Shown: piece after piece, positions 52,739-62,540 of the stretch
How positions within the stretch are numbered: position 1 is the first letter of the stretch
Layout of the letters: each line of letters opens with the position of its first letter
Assembly (NCBI GenBank): GCA_963669175.1
Contig: OY769902.1
Coordinates: forward strand, 2,272,001 to 2,336,000
DNA from: a bacterium
GTDB lineage: Bacteria > Electryoneota > Electryoneia > Electryoneales > Electryoneaceae
Direction of reading: 5' to 3'
Length of the DNA: 64,000 nucleotides
Made by a program: the position numbers and the translations under genes
Notes under the pieces: generated by a model
Told to the model about the DNA's origin: nothing
What the model saw: only the letters and a program-made list of their open reading frames with translations
Database searches by the model: none

Positions 52739-52982
52739 CCACTATCAACTGAAAACCTACCGGAAATATTTCCTAATAGTAAATAGCGGTAAATATCCTT
52801 ACTCTACCCAAACTGTCCTTCCTCATCATGTTCGTCCGGTCAATCCTCGGTGCCTGGTTCGACATAGCACGTTGTTGTGATTTGCCATCTTCATGCAAAA
52901 CATGCAATTCATTCTGGACCGACCCCCTGTTTTTCCTTACATTGCAACTCTTTGGGAGCCGGAAACCAACCAGGGAGGAGTC

Positions 52983-55900
52983 ATGAAACGCATCGTCCGT
53001 GCCGGACTGGTGACGATAATCCTGCTCACGCTTGCACTGTCCGCATTGTCCGCAGAGGAAACTACTCTGCTGTTACGTACACCCAGTATCAGCGCAGACC
53101 ACATCGCATTCCGTTATGCCGGAGATATCTGGATAGCGGATCGGGATGGCTCGCATCCCTACCGTCTCACGGTCAATCCGGATATGGAAGGATCGCCATG
53201 GTTCTCGCCGGACGGTCAGTGGCTGGCCTTCAGCGCGAATTACGACGGCAACCAGGATGTTTATATCGTGTCGATTGAAGGTGGTCAGCCGATACGCCTG
53301 ACCAATCATCCTGATGGGGATTATGTCCAGGGCTGGACACCGGATGGCAAGGCTGTGCTGTTCAGTTCCGAGCGAAGCAGGCCCATGCGTGGCGCTTCCC
53401 TGTTCACCGTGCCGGTCAAGGGGGGCCTGCCGACAGAACTGCCGATGCCGCGTGCCTATTCAGGTAGTTACACTGCTGACGGTAAGAAGATCGCTTATGA
53501 ACCTGTAAGCGGTTCGTTCGGGAACTGGAAGCACTATCGTGGCGGGACAGCGGCCAAGATCTGGCTGTTCGATTTTGCCACGCTGGATATCCAGATCCTG
53601 CCACGGGAAGATACCAACGATTTCAATCCGATGATGCTGGACGGCAAGGTCTATTTCATTTCTGACCGGGACTGGACCTGCAACCTGTTCGTCTGGGATC
53701 CGGCTACGGATGCTGTTGAACAGTTGACCTTCCATGATGATTATGATATCCTGACCGCTCAGCTCGGCGATGGGAAAATCATCTATGAACAGGCCGGATA
53801 CCTGCACGAATTCGATCCTGCCACGAAGAAGGCATCCGCGATTAACGTCTACATCAATCCGGACATGCCGTCAGCACGTCCGCATTTCATCCATACCCAG
53901 AATGAGATCAGTTGGGCTGTGATCAGCCCGACGGGTGTTCGTGGTCTGTTCGAGGCGCGTGGCGATATTTACACTGTCCCGAAGGACAAAGGTGACATCC
54001 GTAACCTGACCAACTCTTCCGATGCGAATGACCGTTACCCGGTCTGGTCGCCGGATGGTTCACGCATTGCCTGGTTCAGCGATAAAAGCGGGGAATACAA
54101 ACTGTATACCGTGGACCAGTTGGGGGAGGAAGAACCAAAAGAGTACGATGCCGGTAAAGGCTTCTTCTACCAGCCGTACTGGAACCCGGACAGCGATAAA
54201 ATCGCGTATATGGACCACGCCAACAACATCTATATCATCAACCTGGATAACGGCAAACGCACCCATGTGCGTGAGACTGTCAACCGTCATTGGGGACTGA
54301 CCTTACAGTGGTCGCCGGATGGGAACTGGCTCATGTGGGGAGAACGTATCGAAAACGGTCTGCATGCCGCGTTCCTGTATGACTTGAACAAAAAAGAAAT
54401 TCACCAACTTACCGATGGCATGTCAGATGTATTTTCCCCGAGATGGAGCCGGGACGGCAAATACATCTATTTCGCGGCCAGCACCAATACCGGCCTGAAC
54501 AACACCTCGCTGGACATGAGTTCCTACGAACGTCCCTACGAGAACAATCTGTACATGGTTGTTCTGGCGAAGGATACCGAAAGCCCCTTCCTGCCCGAGA
54601 GCGATGAGGAAGAAGTGAAGAGCGATGAGGATGAGGGCGAAGACGAAGAAGAAGCAGAGAAAGAGGATGACGAGGGCGAAGAGGAAGAGGAAGATGAGCC
54701 TATCGTGATCGATTTCGACGGTCTGGATCAGCGCATTATTCCGCTTCCCGTAGACGAAGGTTATTACGTGGGCTTGCAGGAATGCGACGGTGTCCTGTTC
54801 TACATGGATTACTCCGGCGATGATCCTGTTCTCATGAAGTTTGACCTGGAAGAGGAAGAGAGCGATGTTTTCATGGAAGGCGTTGATGGCTTTGTTGTAA
54901 GCGCCGATGGCAAGAACATGCTTTACATGCACAATTCTTCCTATGGCATCGTGGAAACCGGCGGCAGCCCCAAGCCGGGTGATGGCGATCTGGATCTTTC
55001 CGGGATGATGAAGTATGTCTACCCACGGGAAGAATGGAAGCAGATGTTCAACGAAGCCTGGCGGGTTGAACGGGATTACTTCTACGATCCGGATATGCAT
55101 GGCGCGAACTGGAACGCCATGAAGAAGAAATACGAAGTGTTCCTTCCCTATGTCAGTCATCGTGAAGATCTGAACCACCTGATCGGGCAGTTGATCGGTG
55201 AGTTGACGGTAGGGCATGGTTATGTCGGTGGTGGTGACATGCCCGGCTCGGACCATGTCAATGTAGGTATGCTGGGCGCTGATTTTGAGGTTGTCAACGG
55301 GAAGTATCGTTTCAGCCATATTTTCCAGGGCATCAATTACTATACGAAACTGCGTGCACCGTTAACTGAACCGGGTGTTATTGTTAATGAGGGTGATTAC
55401 CTGCTGGCTGTCAATGGTGTACAGCTTGAAGCGTCGATGAATGTTTATTCCCTGTTCGAGAACACGGCTAATAAGCAGGTTGTCCTTACAGTGAATGACA
55501 AGCCAACCCTGAAAGACGCTCGGAAAGTTACTGTAGTACCGGCGTATAATGATTACGCGCTACGTTTTCTGGCCTGGATGGAAGGCAACCGTGAATATGT
55601 CGACCGCAAGACCAATGGCCGTGTCGCTTATGTGTACATGCCGAACACTGCGTGGGCAGGCTATGTGTTCTTCAACCGGTATTATTTCGCCCAGTTGGAT
55701 AAGGATGCGGTGATCCTGGACGAACGCTTTAACGGTGGTGGCAGTGCGGCGGATTATATCATTGACCTGCTGGACCGTCCGCTCCTGCAATGGTGGATTC
55801 CGCGTCATGGCTATCGTTGGGCGACACCGTGGGCATCGATCTACGGCCCACGTGTTATGCTGATCAACGAATACGCCGGTTCCGGCGGTGATGCGATGCC

Positions 55901-56231
55901 GTATTACTTCCGTAAACGTGGTCTGGGGAAACTGGTCGGCAAGCGTACCTGGGGCGGTTTGGTCGGTATTTCCAACAACCCGATGCTGGTCGATGGCGGT
56001 TTCATCACTGCGCCGTCCTTCGCGATCCTCAGCGAGGATAACGAGTGGGTGATCGAGAACCAGGGTGTCGCGCCGGATATCGAAGTGGAAATGATCCCGA
56101 AGAAGGTGATCAACGGTGAAGATCCACAGCTCGATGAAGCGATCCGTGTGATCCTGGAAGAGCTGAAAGAGTATACCCCACTGGATCCGGATGTTCCCGC
56201 GTATCCGAAACGTGCGGTAAAGCCGAAATGA
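52983..56231 (+). CDS. Tricorn protease homolog (S41)
   Basis: Signal peptide, PD40-type propellers (SPDG), HYRGG, PDZ, DERFNGGG, AGSGGD, RTWGG, EN.GVAPD. Confidence 0.95.
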   Translation: MKRIVRAGLVTIILLTLALSALSAEETTLLLRTPSISADHIAFRYAGDIWIADRDGSHPYRLTVNPDMEGSPWFSPDGQWLAFSANYDGNQDVYIVSIEGGQPIRLTNHPDGDYVQGWTPDGKAVLFSSERSRPMRGASLFTVPVKGGLPTELPMPRAYSGSYTADGKKIAYEPVSGSFGNWKHYRGGTAAKIWLFDFATLDIQILPREDTNDFNPMMLDGKVYFISDRDWTCNLFVWDPATDAVEQLTFHDDYDILTAQLGDGKIIYEQAGYLHEFDPATKKASAINVYINPDMPSARPHFIHTQNEISWAVISPTGVRGLFEARGDIYTVPKDKGDIRNLTNSSDANDRYPVWSPDGSRIAWFSDKSGEYKLYTVDQLGEEEPKEYDAGKGFFYQPYWNPDSDKIAYMDHANNIYIINLDNGKRTHVRETVNRHWGLTLQWSPDGNWLMWGERIENGLHAAFLYDLNKKEIHQLTDGMSDVFSPRWSRDGKYIYFAASTNTGLNNTSLDMSSYERPYENNLYMVVLAKDTESPFLPESDEEEVKSDEDEGEDEEEAEKEDDEGEEEEEDEPIVIDFDGLDQRIIPLPVDEGYYVGLQECDGVLFYMDYSGDDPVLMKFDLEEEESDVFMEGVDGFVVSADGKNMLYMHNSSYGIVETGGSPKPGDGDLDLSGMMKYVYPREEWKQMFNEAWRVERDYFYDPDMHGANWNAMKKKYEVFLPYVSHREDLNHLIGQLIGELTVGHGYVGGGDMPGSDHVNVGMLGADFEVVNGKYRFSHIFQGINYYTKLRAPLTEPGVIVNEGDYLLAVNGVQLEASMNVYSLFENTANKQVVLTVNDKPTLKDARKVTVVPAYNDYALRFLAWMEGNREYVDRKTNGRVAYVYMPNTAWAGYVFFNRYYFAQLDKDAVILDERFNGGGSAADYIIDLLDRPLLQWWIPRHGYRWATPWASIYGPRVMLINEYAGSGGDAMPYYFRKRGLGKLVGKRTWGGLVGISNNPMLVDGGFITAPSFAILSEDNEWVIENQGVAPDIEVEMIPKKVINGEDPQLDEAIRVILEELKEYTPLDPDVPAYPKRAVKPK

Positions 56232-56254
56232 TCGGCTTGATTGATAGCTGATAC

Positions 56255-56296
56255 AACCGGGATTGATCCTCTGTGGTCGATCCCGGTTTTTTATTT
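56255..56296 (+). terminator. Intrinsic terminator
   Basis: AACCGGGATTGA..TCGATCCCGGTT followed by a T tract. Confidence 0.75.
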
Positions 56297-56439
56297 GCAT
56301 TTACAGGATGAGAAGGATGGAAAGGATAAAAACTGAATTGGGATAACTTTTGAACTTCTCAATTTTTTAACTTCAAACTCTTGAAAGGACTTAACTCTTT
56401 AATTTAATTAAAATAGACCACCGCCGGACAGCCGCTTCC

Positions 56440-56981
56440 GCTTCGCTTCAGCGTGCTTCAAGCCGGCGGGGCCAAACTGCTTCATTGAAGAGCTTCAAGC
56501 CGGTGAGTTAAAAGACTATCTTTTTTTCTTTTCTTTTCTTTTCTTTTCTTTTTTTTTCTTTGCGTCTTTGCGCCTTTGCGCCTTTGCGTGAGACAGATTC
56601 GTTGTTTGCTGATTCTGCGCTTATTCCTCGAGATCCCCGTTCAAGCCGGGGATGACATGGTTTTTAAAGAACCGACAGTGAATGAAATCTGGGAAAACCT
56701 ACAGCAAATAGTCGGGCCAAACTGCTTCGCTTCAGCGTGCTTCAAGCCGGCGGGGCCAAACTGCTTCATTGAAGAGCTTCAAGCCGGTGAGTTAAAAGAC
56801 TTTCTTTTTTTCTTTTCTTTTTTTTTCTTTGCGCCTTTGCGCCTTTGCGTGAGACAGATTCGTTGTTTGCTGATTCTGCGCTTATTCCTCGAGATCCCCG
56901 TTCAAGCCGGGGATGACATGGTTTTTGAAGAACCGACAGTGAATAAAATCTGGGAACCCGACAGCAAGCAGTCGGGCCAAA
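56440..56981. repeat. Tandem duplication (2 copies, about 260-285 bp) of a composite REP-like unit
   Basis: CTTCGCTTCAGCGTGCTTCAAGCCGG..(CTTTGCG.)n..GAGATCCCCGTTCAAGCCGGGGATGAC..AGTCGGGCCAAAC occurs twice. Confidence 0.9.
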
Positions 56982-57189
56982 CGTCAAATCGATGGCGGGG
57001 GTAATAGCAAAGAAACAACTTTTCCCATTTTCCCACTTTCTCACTTTAGAACCTTGTAACTTTCCAACATCAAATTTCAGTTCAAAGCCTTGCTTTCATT
57101 GCTCGCTTTCATGTTGCCTTGTATATTATCCATGCATGCGCAAGCATGAGGGACGCCGCATCCGAAACGATCTTTCTACGGGAGCAGTT

Positions 57190-58059
57190 GTGAAGACATG
57201 GATTCGCCTTTTACGGCCCCGTCAATGGACCAAGAACTCCCTCATTTTCGCGGCGATCATTTTCGCGCAGCAATTCCAGGATGTGTCACAGTGGATACGC
57301 GCCATTCTCGCCTTTATCGCATTTTCCCTGACTGCAAGTGCTATCTACATCATCAACGATGCGTTTGACATTGAAGCGGACCGTAATCATCCGGTCAAAT
57401 GCAAGCGTCCTCTCGCGGCCGGTGAGATTGATGTGGTAATGGCGGTGTTCATTGCACTATTGATCGCGGGAATCGGCCTGGGACTGGCGTGGTATGTCCA
57501 TTACACAGTCCTGATCTATACCGCCTGCTACTTTGGAATGATGATCCTTTATAGTTTCCAGTTCAAACATGTGCTGGTGCTGGATGTAATCATCATTGCC
57601 ACCGGGCTGACCATTCGTGCCATTGTCGGCGCAGAGGCGATCCAGGTGGATGTGTCCCGCTGGCTGCTGGTCTGCACGTTTTTCGTTGCGTTGATGCTGG
57701 CATTGGTCAAACGCAGGCAGGAACTTCTGCGGATCGGCGAGGAGCGCGACAAGGGACGCAAGAGCTTGATGAAAGCGCCCCCGGTGAAGGTATGGGACTT
57801 ATGGATCATGGCCATGTCGGGCATCACGATCCTGGCTTATACCCTTTACACCATGGACCCGGTAACCGTTGCCAAGGTGGGCTCTGAGAACCTGCTGTAT
57901 ACGGTGCCGTTTGTGGTCTACGGGATCCTTCGTTACCATATCGTCGTATACAAGTCGGACGGGGGCGAGGATCCTACGGAAACCCTGTTATCTGATCGTA
58001 CTATCTGGATTACCGTGCTCGCCTGGCTTGCCGCAGTCCTTTTCGTACTCAACGGTTGA
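57190..58059 (+). CDS. Polyprenyl-phosphate phosphoribosyltransferase (UbiA family, Rv3806c/NoeC-like)
   Basis: RPRQWTKN, YIINDAFDIEADRNHPVK..RPLAAG, KRRQE, EDP; GTG start with GGAG. Confidence 0.9.
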   Translation: MKTWIRLLRPRQWTKNSLIFAAIIFAQQFQDVSQWIRAILAFIAFSLTASAIYIINDAFDIEADRNHPVKCKRPLAAGEIDVVMAVFIALLIAGIGLGLAWYVHYTVLIYTACYFGMMILYSFQFKHVLVLDVIIIATGLTIRAIVGAEAIQVDVSRWLLVCTFFVALMLALVKRRQELLRIGEERDKGRKSLMKAPPVKVWDLWIMAMSGITILAYTLYTMDPVTVAKVGSENLLYTVPFVVYGILRYHIVVYKSDGGEDPTETLLSDRTIWITVLAWLAAVLFVLNG

Positions 58060-58077
58060 CAAGGGATAGATGCAAAC

Positions 58078-59463
58078 GTGGCTACCGAGACAACATACCG
58101 CAATACGCCGCTGGCCGGGTGGGGGCAGTTCAGGAAAGGAATTGCCCAGGTCGCCCAACCGGAAACCGAAGCGCATCTTCAGAGAATCCTTCAGGATCGT
58201 AAAACCGGATCACTGTTGCCTGTCGGGAAACAACGCAGCTATGGTGATTCCTGCCTGAATACACATCATGCTGCGTTGACGCTTGACTACCTGGACCATG
58301 CGGTCAGCTTCGATGAGAAAAACGGTGAGTTTGTCGCGGAAGCGGGGATCACACTACAGGAAATCAACAGCATCATTCTTCCGCTTGGCTGGTTTCTGCC
58401 GGTAACCCCCGGTACGGAGTACCCCAGCCTGGGTGGGTGCCTCGCGGCGGATGTTCACGGCAAGAATCATCACCAGGCGGGCGCGTTGGGCAGGCATGTG
58501 CTGTGGATGGATCTGCTGCTGGCCGATGGTACTATCAAAAGCTGTTCTCCGAAACGAAATAAAGAACTCTTCAGCGCGACACTTGGCGGGATGGGACTGA
58601 CCGGGATCATTCTACGCGCTGCTATCCAGCTTCAGAAAGTGACCAGCGGATTTATTGTGTCATCGACGATCCGCGCGAAGAACCTGACCGAGCTGATGGA
58701 TGCGCTGACCGTGCATGACGGCGACTGGCCTTATACGGTATCATGGGTGGATTGCACTGCACGTGGTGAGAAACTCGGACGCGGGCTGGTGATGCTGGGA
58801 CGTCATGCCGACATTGACGAACTTCCACGCCTGCACCGGATGCGCGCGCTTGATTTCCCGTTACGGAAAACCCTTGAAGTGCCCTGTACGCTGTCAGTCT
58901 CCGCGGTGAATCCATTCGCGTCCAAAGTGTTTAACCTGAGCTATCTGCTGTACAACGGCTTTGAGCAACGCAGAACCGAACTATTGCCTTTCAATACCTA
59001 TTTCTACCCGCTTGACATCCTCCGGCAATGGTATCGTTTGTATGGCCATCCTGGATTCCTGCAGTACCAGTTCCTGGTGCCGATGGATGCAGGGAAGGGT
59101 GCGTTTAAGCGCGTGTTGCATACGATGGTGGAACGTGGGCATCCAAGCGCGCTGGCCGTATTGAAACGCTTTGGCAGGGGAGAGGGACTGCTTTCTTTCC
59201 CACGTGAAGGTTGGAATATTGCGATGGATGTTCCGGTACGACCTGGTCTGCTGTCCTTGCTGGATGAACTGGACCGGATTGTGCTGGATTACGGTGGCCG
59301 TATCTATCTGGCGAAAGATGCACGGATGAAGCCGGAGGTGTTCCACGCCATGTATCGCGATACATTGCCACAATGGCAAAAGATCAAGCGCAAGGCGGAC
59401 CCGGACAACCTGTTCCAGTCGGACCAGTCAAGGCGGCTTCGCATTATGGAGGAACTCCCATGA
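58078..59463 (+). CDS. FAD-binding oxidoreductase, DprE1-like
   Basis: GWG, RSYGD, PVTPGT, DVHGKNHH, GGMGLTG, YG..GFLQYQ, GGRIYLAKD. Confidence 0.92.
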   Translation: MATETTYRNTPLAGWGQFRKGIAQVAQPETEAHLQRILQDRKTGSLLPVGKQRSYGDSCLNTHHAALTLDYLDHAVSFDEKNGEFVAEAGITLQEINSIILPLGWFLPVTPGTEYPSLGGCLAADVHGKNHHQAGALGRHVLWMDLLLADGTIKSCSPKRNKELFSATLGGMGLTGIILRAAIQLQKVTSGFIVSSTIRAKNLTELMDALTVHDGDWPYTVSWVDCTARGEKLGRGLVMLGRHADIDELPRLHRMRALDFPLRKTLEVPCTLSVSAVNPFASKVFNLSYLLYNGFEQRRTELLPFNTYFYPLDILRQWYRLYGHPGFLQYQFLVPMDAGKGAFKRVLHTMVERGHPSALAVLKRFGRGEGLLSFPREGWNIAMDVPVRPGLLSLLDELDRIVLDYGGRIYLAKDARMKPEVFHAMYRDTLPQWQKIKRKADPDNLFQSDQSRRLRIMEELP

Positions 59464-60203
59464 AACGATGGATGATTATTGGCGCGGGGAGTGGGATCGC
59501 ACGCTGGCTGAACCGTGGACTGGCCGCAAAGGGATACGTGCTTTACCTGGCAGATCGGGAATCGATGCAGCCAAATCTTGAGAAGCTGGCTACAGATTTG
59601 AAGGTTCGGTACAATGCAACGGTGCAGACCGGGATATTCGAAGCGCTGGATTGGGAGAAACAAGCGGCGTTTGTTAATGCAGTTGAAAATGAATTCGGCC
59701 CTCTTGATGGAGTAATCTGGCTGTCCGGGATCATGTTGTCCCAGGAAACGCTGCAAAACGATCCCGATGCCGCAAAATGTCAGCATGAGATCAATTATAC
59801 CGCCGCCATGCGTGTGCTGAGTGATATTGCCAACCGGATGGAAAAGCGTGGGCATGGGCACATCGTCGGTTTCTGCAGTCCCGCCGGGGATCGTGGACGG
59901 AAATCAAATTATCTCTACGGAGCTGATAAGGCTGCGTTCAATGTGTTTCTGCAAGGTCTGCGGCACCGTCTGGCACGGAAGAACATCACTGTTTTATCCG
60001 TCAAACCTGGCCCTACCGATACACCCATGACCGCCGGAATGAAGAACCTGCCCATGCTGGCTCGACCGCAGGATGTGGCGCGTGATGTGATCCGTGCGAT
60101 TGAGAAGAAGTCCACCGAGGTGTATACACCAGCCAAATGGCGACTGATCATGCTGGTGATCCGGCATTTGCCGTTCTCGGTGTTTAAACATCTGGATTTG
60201 TGA
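59460..60203 (+). CDS. Short-chain dehydrogenase, DprE2-like
   Basis: GAGSGIA, AGDRGRKSNYLYGADKA, GLRHRL, VKPG..DTPMT. Confidence 0.88.
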   Translation: MKRWMIIGAGSGIARWLNRGLAAKGYVLYLADRESMQPNLEKLATDLKVRYNATVQTGIFEALDWEKQAAFVNAVENEFGPLDGVIWLSGIMLSQETLQNDPDAAKCQHEINYTAAMRVLSDIANRMEKRGHGHIVGFCSPAGDRGRKSNYLYGADKAAFNVFLQGLRHRLARKNITVLSVKPGPTDTPMTAGMKNLPMLARPQDVARDVIRAIEKKSTEVYTPAKWRLIMLVIRHLPFSVFKHLDL

Positions 60204-60694
60204 GTTGAAAGAAAGAGGATTGTTTCACGCAAAGACGCAAAGGCGCAAAGAAAGAAAAATAAATAGTAAAAAATGGTAAAGAAGGTAAAAAAGTAGAGAA
60301 GGATCGTTTGCAGATAGCCTGTTACATTCGGTTTAACAATAATATATATCCTTAATATCCTTGCCATCCTTTTCATCCTGTACATTCAACGAAAGCCGGG
60401 TATTCCACCAGACCACAAAAAGGAGAACCCAATTTTCCCTTGTGTCGCTCGAGATCCCCGTTTGATCCCTGACAACATCATTCGGGGAGGGGATGACATG
60501 GAGTGCCGGGGATGACATGAAGGGAAGTGAAAAAAGTAAACAGTGAAAAAAGTGAAAAAAGCAGTACGTGTACCTGATATCTGAAAAAGTACATGATCGG
60601 GAGTAATACCAGATTCCCTCCCGGGGGCTGTCTTTCTTATCCATTTTCACTACATTGCACCGCGCGAAGAAGTTCAACCAGACAGGACAGCCTC

Positions 60695-61432
60695 ATGGCA
60701 AAGCAGAACCATACCCAGTCCACACCACCAGAAGATCGTGTCGGCAAGGTGCAGTGGATTTTCAGTCGTATTACCAAACATTATGATTTATTGAACCATG
60801 TGCTTTCAGCGGGCAATGATATCTACTGGCGGAAATTTACCGTTAAACGTCTTCCGTCTCGTTGCAACGAAGTCCTCGATGTAGCCACGGGAACTGGCGA
60901 CCTGGCGTTTGAGATCATCAATGGGCGTCAAGGCTGCAAAGCTGTCGGGGTTGATTTTGTCCCGGAGATGATCAGCGTGGCGAAAGAAAAGGGTGACAAG
61001 AAAGGACTGTTGAACAAGGTTGAATTCATGACCGGGGATGCGTTGTCCTTGCCCTTTGAGGACAATCGTTTTGATGCAGCCACCATCGCTTTTGGTCTGA
61101 GGAATATCGTGGAACGGGAAGCTGCCTTGCGTGAGATGGCTCGTGTGGTGCGTCCCGGCGGCAAGGTCATGGTCCTGGAAATGACCTTCCCGAAAAATAT
61201 CGGCATGCGTTGGTTCTACAAGTGGTATCTGAACTATATGATCCCTATGATTGGCTACCTGATTTCCGGCAATAGCAACGCCTATCGTTACCTGCCGGAC
61301 TCGATCCAGGAATTCCCGGAACCGTTGGCCCTGGTGGACATCTTTCACCATGCGGGCCTGAGAAGGGTGAAGGCATTTCCGTTGAGCCTTGGGATAACCT
61401 GGTTGCATGAGGGAGTGGTTCAGAAGAAATAA
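60695..61432 (+). CDS. menG: Demethylmenaquinone methyltransferase (UbiE/MenG)
   Basis: YDLLNHVLS.G....WR, LDVATGTGD, FGLRN, RVVRPGG, AYRYLPDS. Confidence 0.9.
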   Translation: MAKQNHTQSTPPEDRVGKVQWIFSRITKHYDLLNHVLSAGNDIYWRKFTVKRLPSRCNEVLDVATGTGDLAFEIINGRQGCKAVGVDFVPEMISVAKEKGDKKGLLNKVEFMTGDALSLPFEDNRFDAATIAFGLRNIVEREAALREMARVVRPGGKVMVLEMTFPKNIGMRWFYKWYLNYMIPMIGYLISGNSNAYRYLPDSIQEFPEPLALVDIFHHAGLRRVKAFPLSLGITWLHEGVVQKK

Positions 61433-61745
61433 AGAATTTCACGCAAAGACGCGAAGACGCAAAGAAAGAAAAAGAAGTAAAAGAAGGTAAAGAAGGTAAA
61501 AAAGGTAGCCCGGTCATGCCTGGCCGGGGAAAATAGCAGAATGAATATAAGAAGTCAGTGATAAAGAAAAGAAATGAAAAAATGAAAAAGAAAAAAGGTA
61601 TATAAGAAAAAATAGTCAAGAATACCTGTTAAGTAATTCTAAAGAAAATAAAAGCATTTGAATCATCCTTGATATCCTTATCATCCTTTGTATCCTGTAT
61701 ATTCAACAGAGAATCTTTATCCTTGCCATCCTTTTATTCTGGTTC

Positions 61746-62068
61746 CTCACAAGAATTTGTGCATCCGGGCAAAGTTGTGGCAGGTCTTGACGCGACATTC
61801 CGTTTTCGGCTTTCGCAATGTATTTCTGTATACACGATGATACTGAAACCACCTCTCGTCCTGTTATTGTCGCGTTGTGACCTGCCACCGGTATCAGCAC
61901 TCTCGCTGTCGTCAGGTCACAACGTGATGCCTGATGATGATCTATCATGCTAAATAGCAGTTGTGAAGTCGGACAGGTGTCTGAAATTGCGGAGAAGAAC
62001 AAGAAAAAGGCATCACGTCAAGACCTGACGAAACGTGCTCGTCGATAATATGCACAAATTCTTGTGAG
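61746..62068. repeat. MITE/REPIN-like element: perfect 19-bp outer IR enclosing four family B motifs
   Basis: CTCACAAGAATTTGTGCAT and ATGCACAAATTCTTGTGAG; inner motifs at 61777, 61869, 61910 and 62010. Confidence 0.75.
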
Positions 62069-62176
62069 CAGCTTTTATCCTATTATCCTGTGAGTTTAGT
62101 TTGGTGAGAAAAAAACACCTCCCGAATGGAGGTGTGGTGTACAATGTTGACGGACCGTAGTCCGCAAGAGGGCGCA

Positions 62177-62446
62177 TCAGGCCTGTACGTCGTAAGGAAT
62201 AACCTTCTCGACCCAGCGTTCAGCCACCCAGCGCAATGGCTCGTTATTGGCAGCCGTGCTCTCTTCATCGTTCGGGATGGCGAAGCTGCGGCCGCCGGAA
62301 CTGTCCACGCGAACCATAATTACGGGGAAGCGCTCCCCTTTGTACACGATATCAAACGGACGTACCAGCAGCAAATTCATGTTACTCTTCCCCGACGTTT
62401 GGCCCTTGGACTTCGCAATCGCGTCCTTCATCTGTTCGTACAGCAT
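62177..62446 (-). CDS. Small hypothetical protein
   Basis: 89-aa ORF with GGAG RBS downstream of the kinase; no recognised motif. Confidence 0.55.
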   Translation of the reverse strand: MLYEQMKDAIAKSKGQTSGKSNMNLLLVRPFDIVYKGERFPVIMVRVDSSGGRSFAIPNDEESTAANNEPLRWVAERWVEKVIPYDVQA

Positions 62447-62540
62447 ACTCCCGCCCTCGCGGTTATCACAGGTGCTTTACCGACATCCTCTGCCGGATCT
62501 TCGTTGCAGAAGGTACAGAGGGTGTTTGCGCTTTGCAAGG

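Larger units (their letters stand above)
50985..52774 (+). mobile_element. Putative novel IS-like element encoding two DUF1670-like proteins
   Basis: 22-bp TIRs with 1 mismatch (50985-51006 and 52753-52774); AATA direct repeat at 50981-50984 and 52775-52778. Confidence 0.8.

Noticed and set aside
54595-54700. Long Asp/Glu tract in the tricorn protease
   Set aside because: A charged low-complexity linker at this position is common in bacterial tricorn homologs.
56576-57004. ORFs inside repeat arrays (also 24298-24510 and 22436-22917)
   Set aside because: Translations of non-coding repeats with low complexity and no RBS support.
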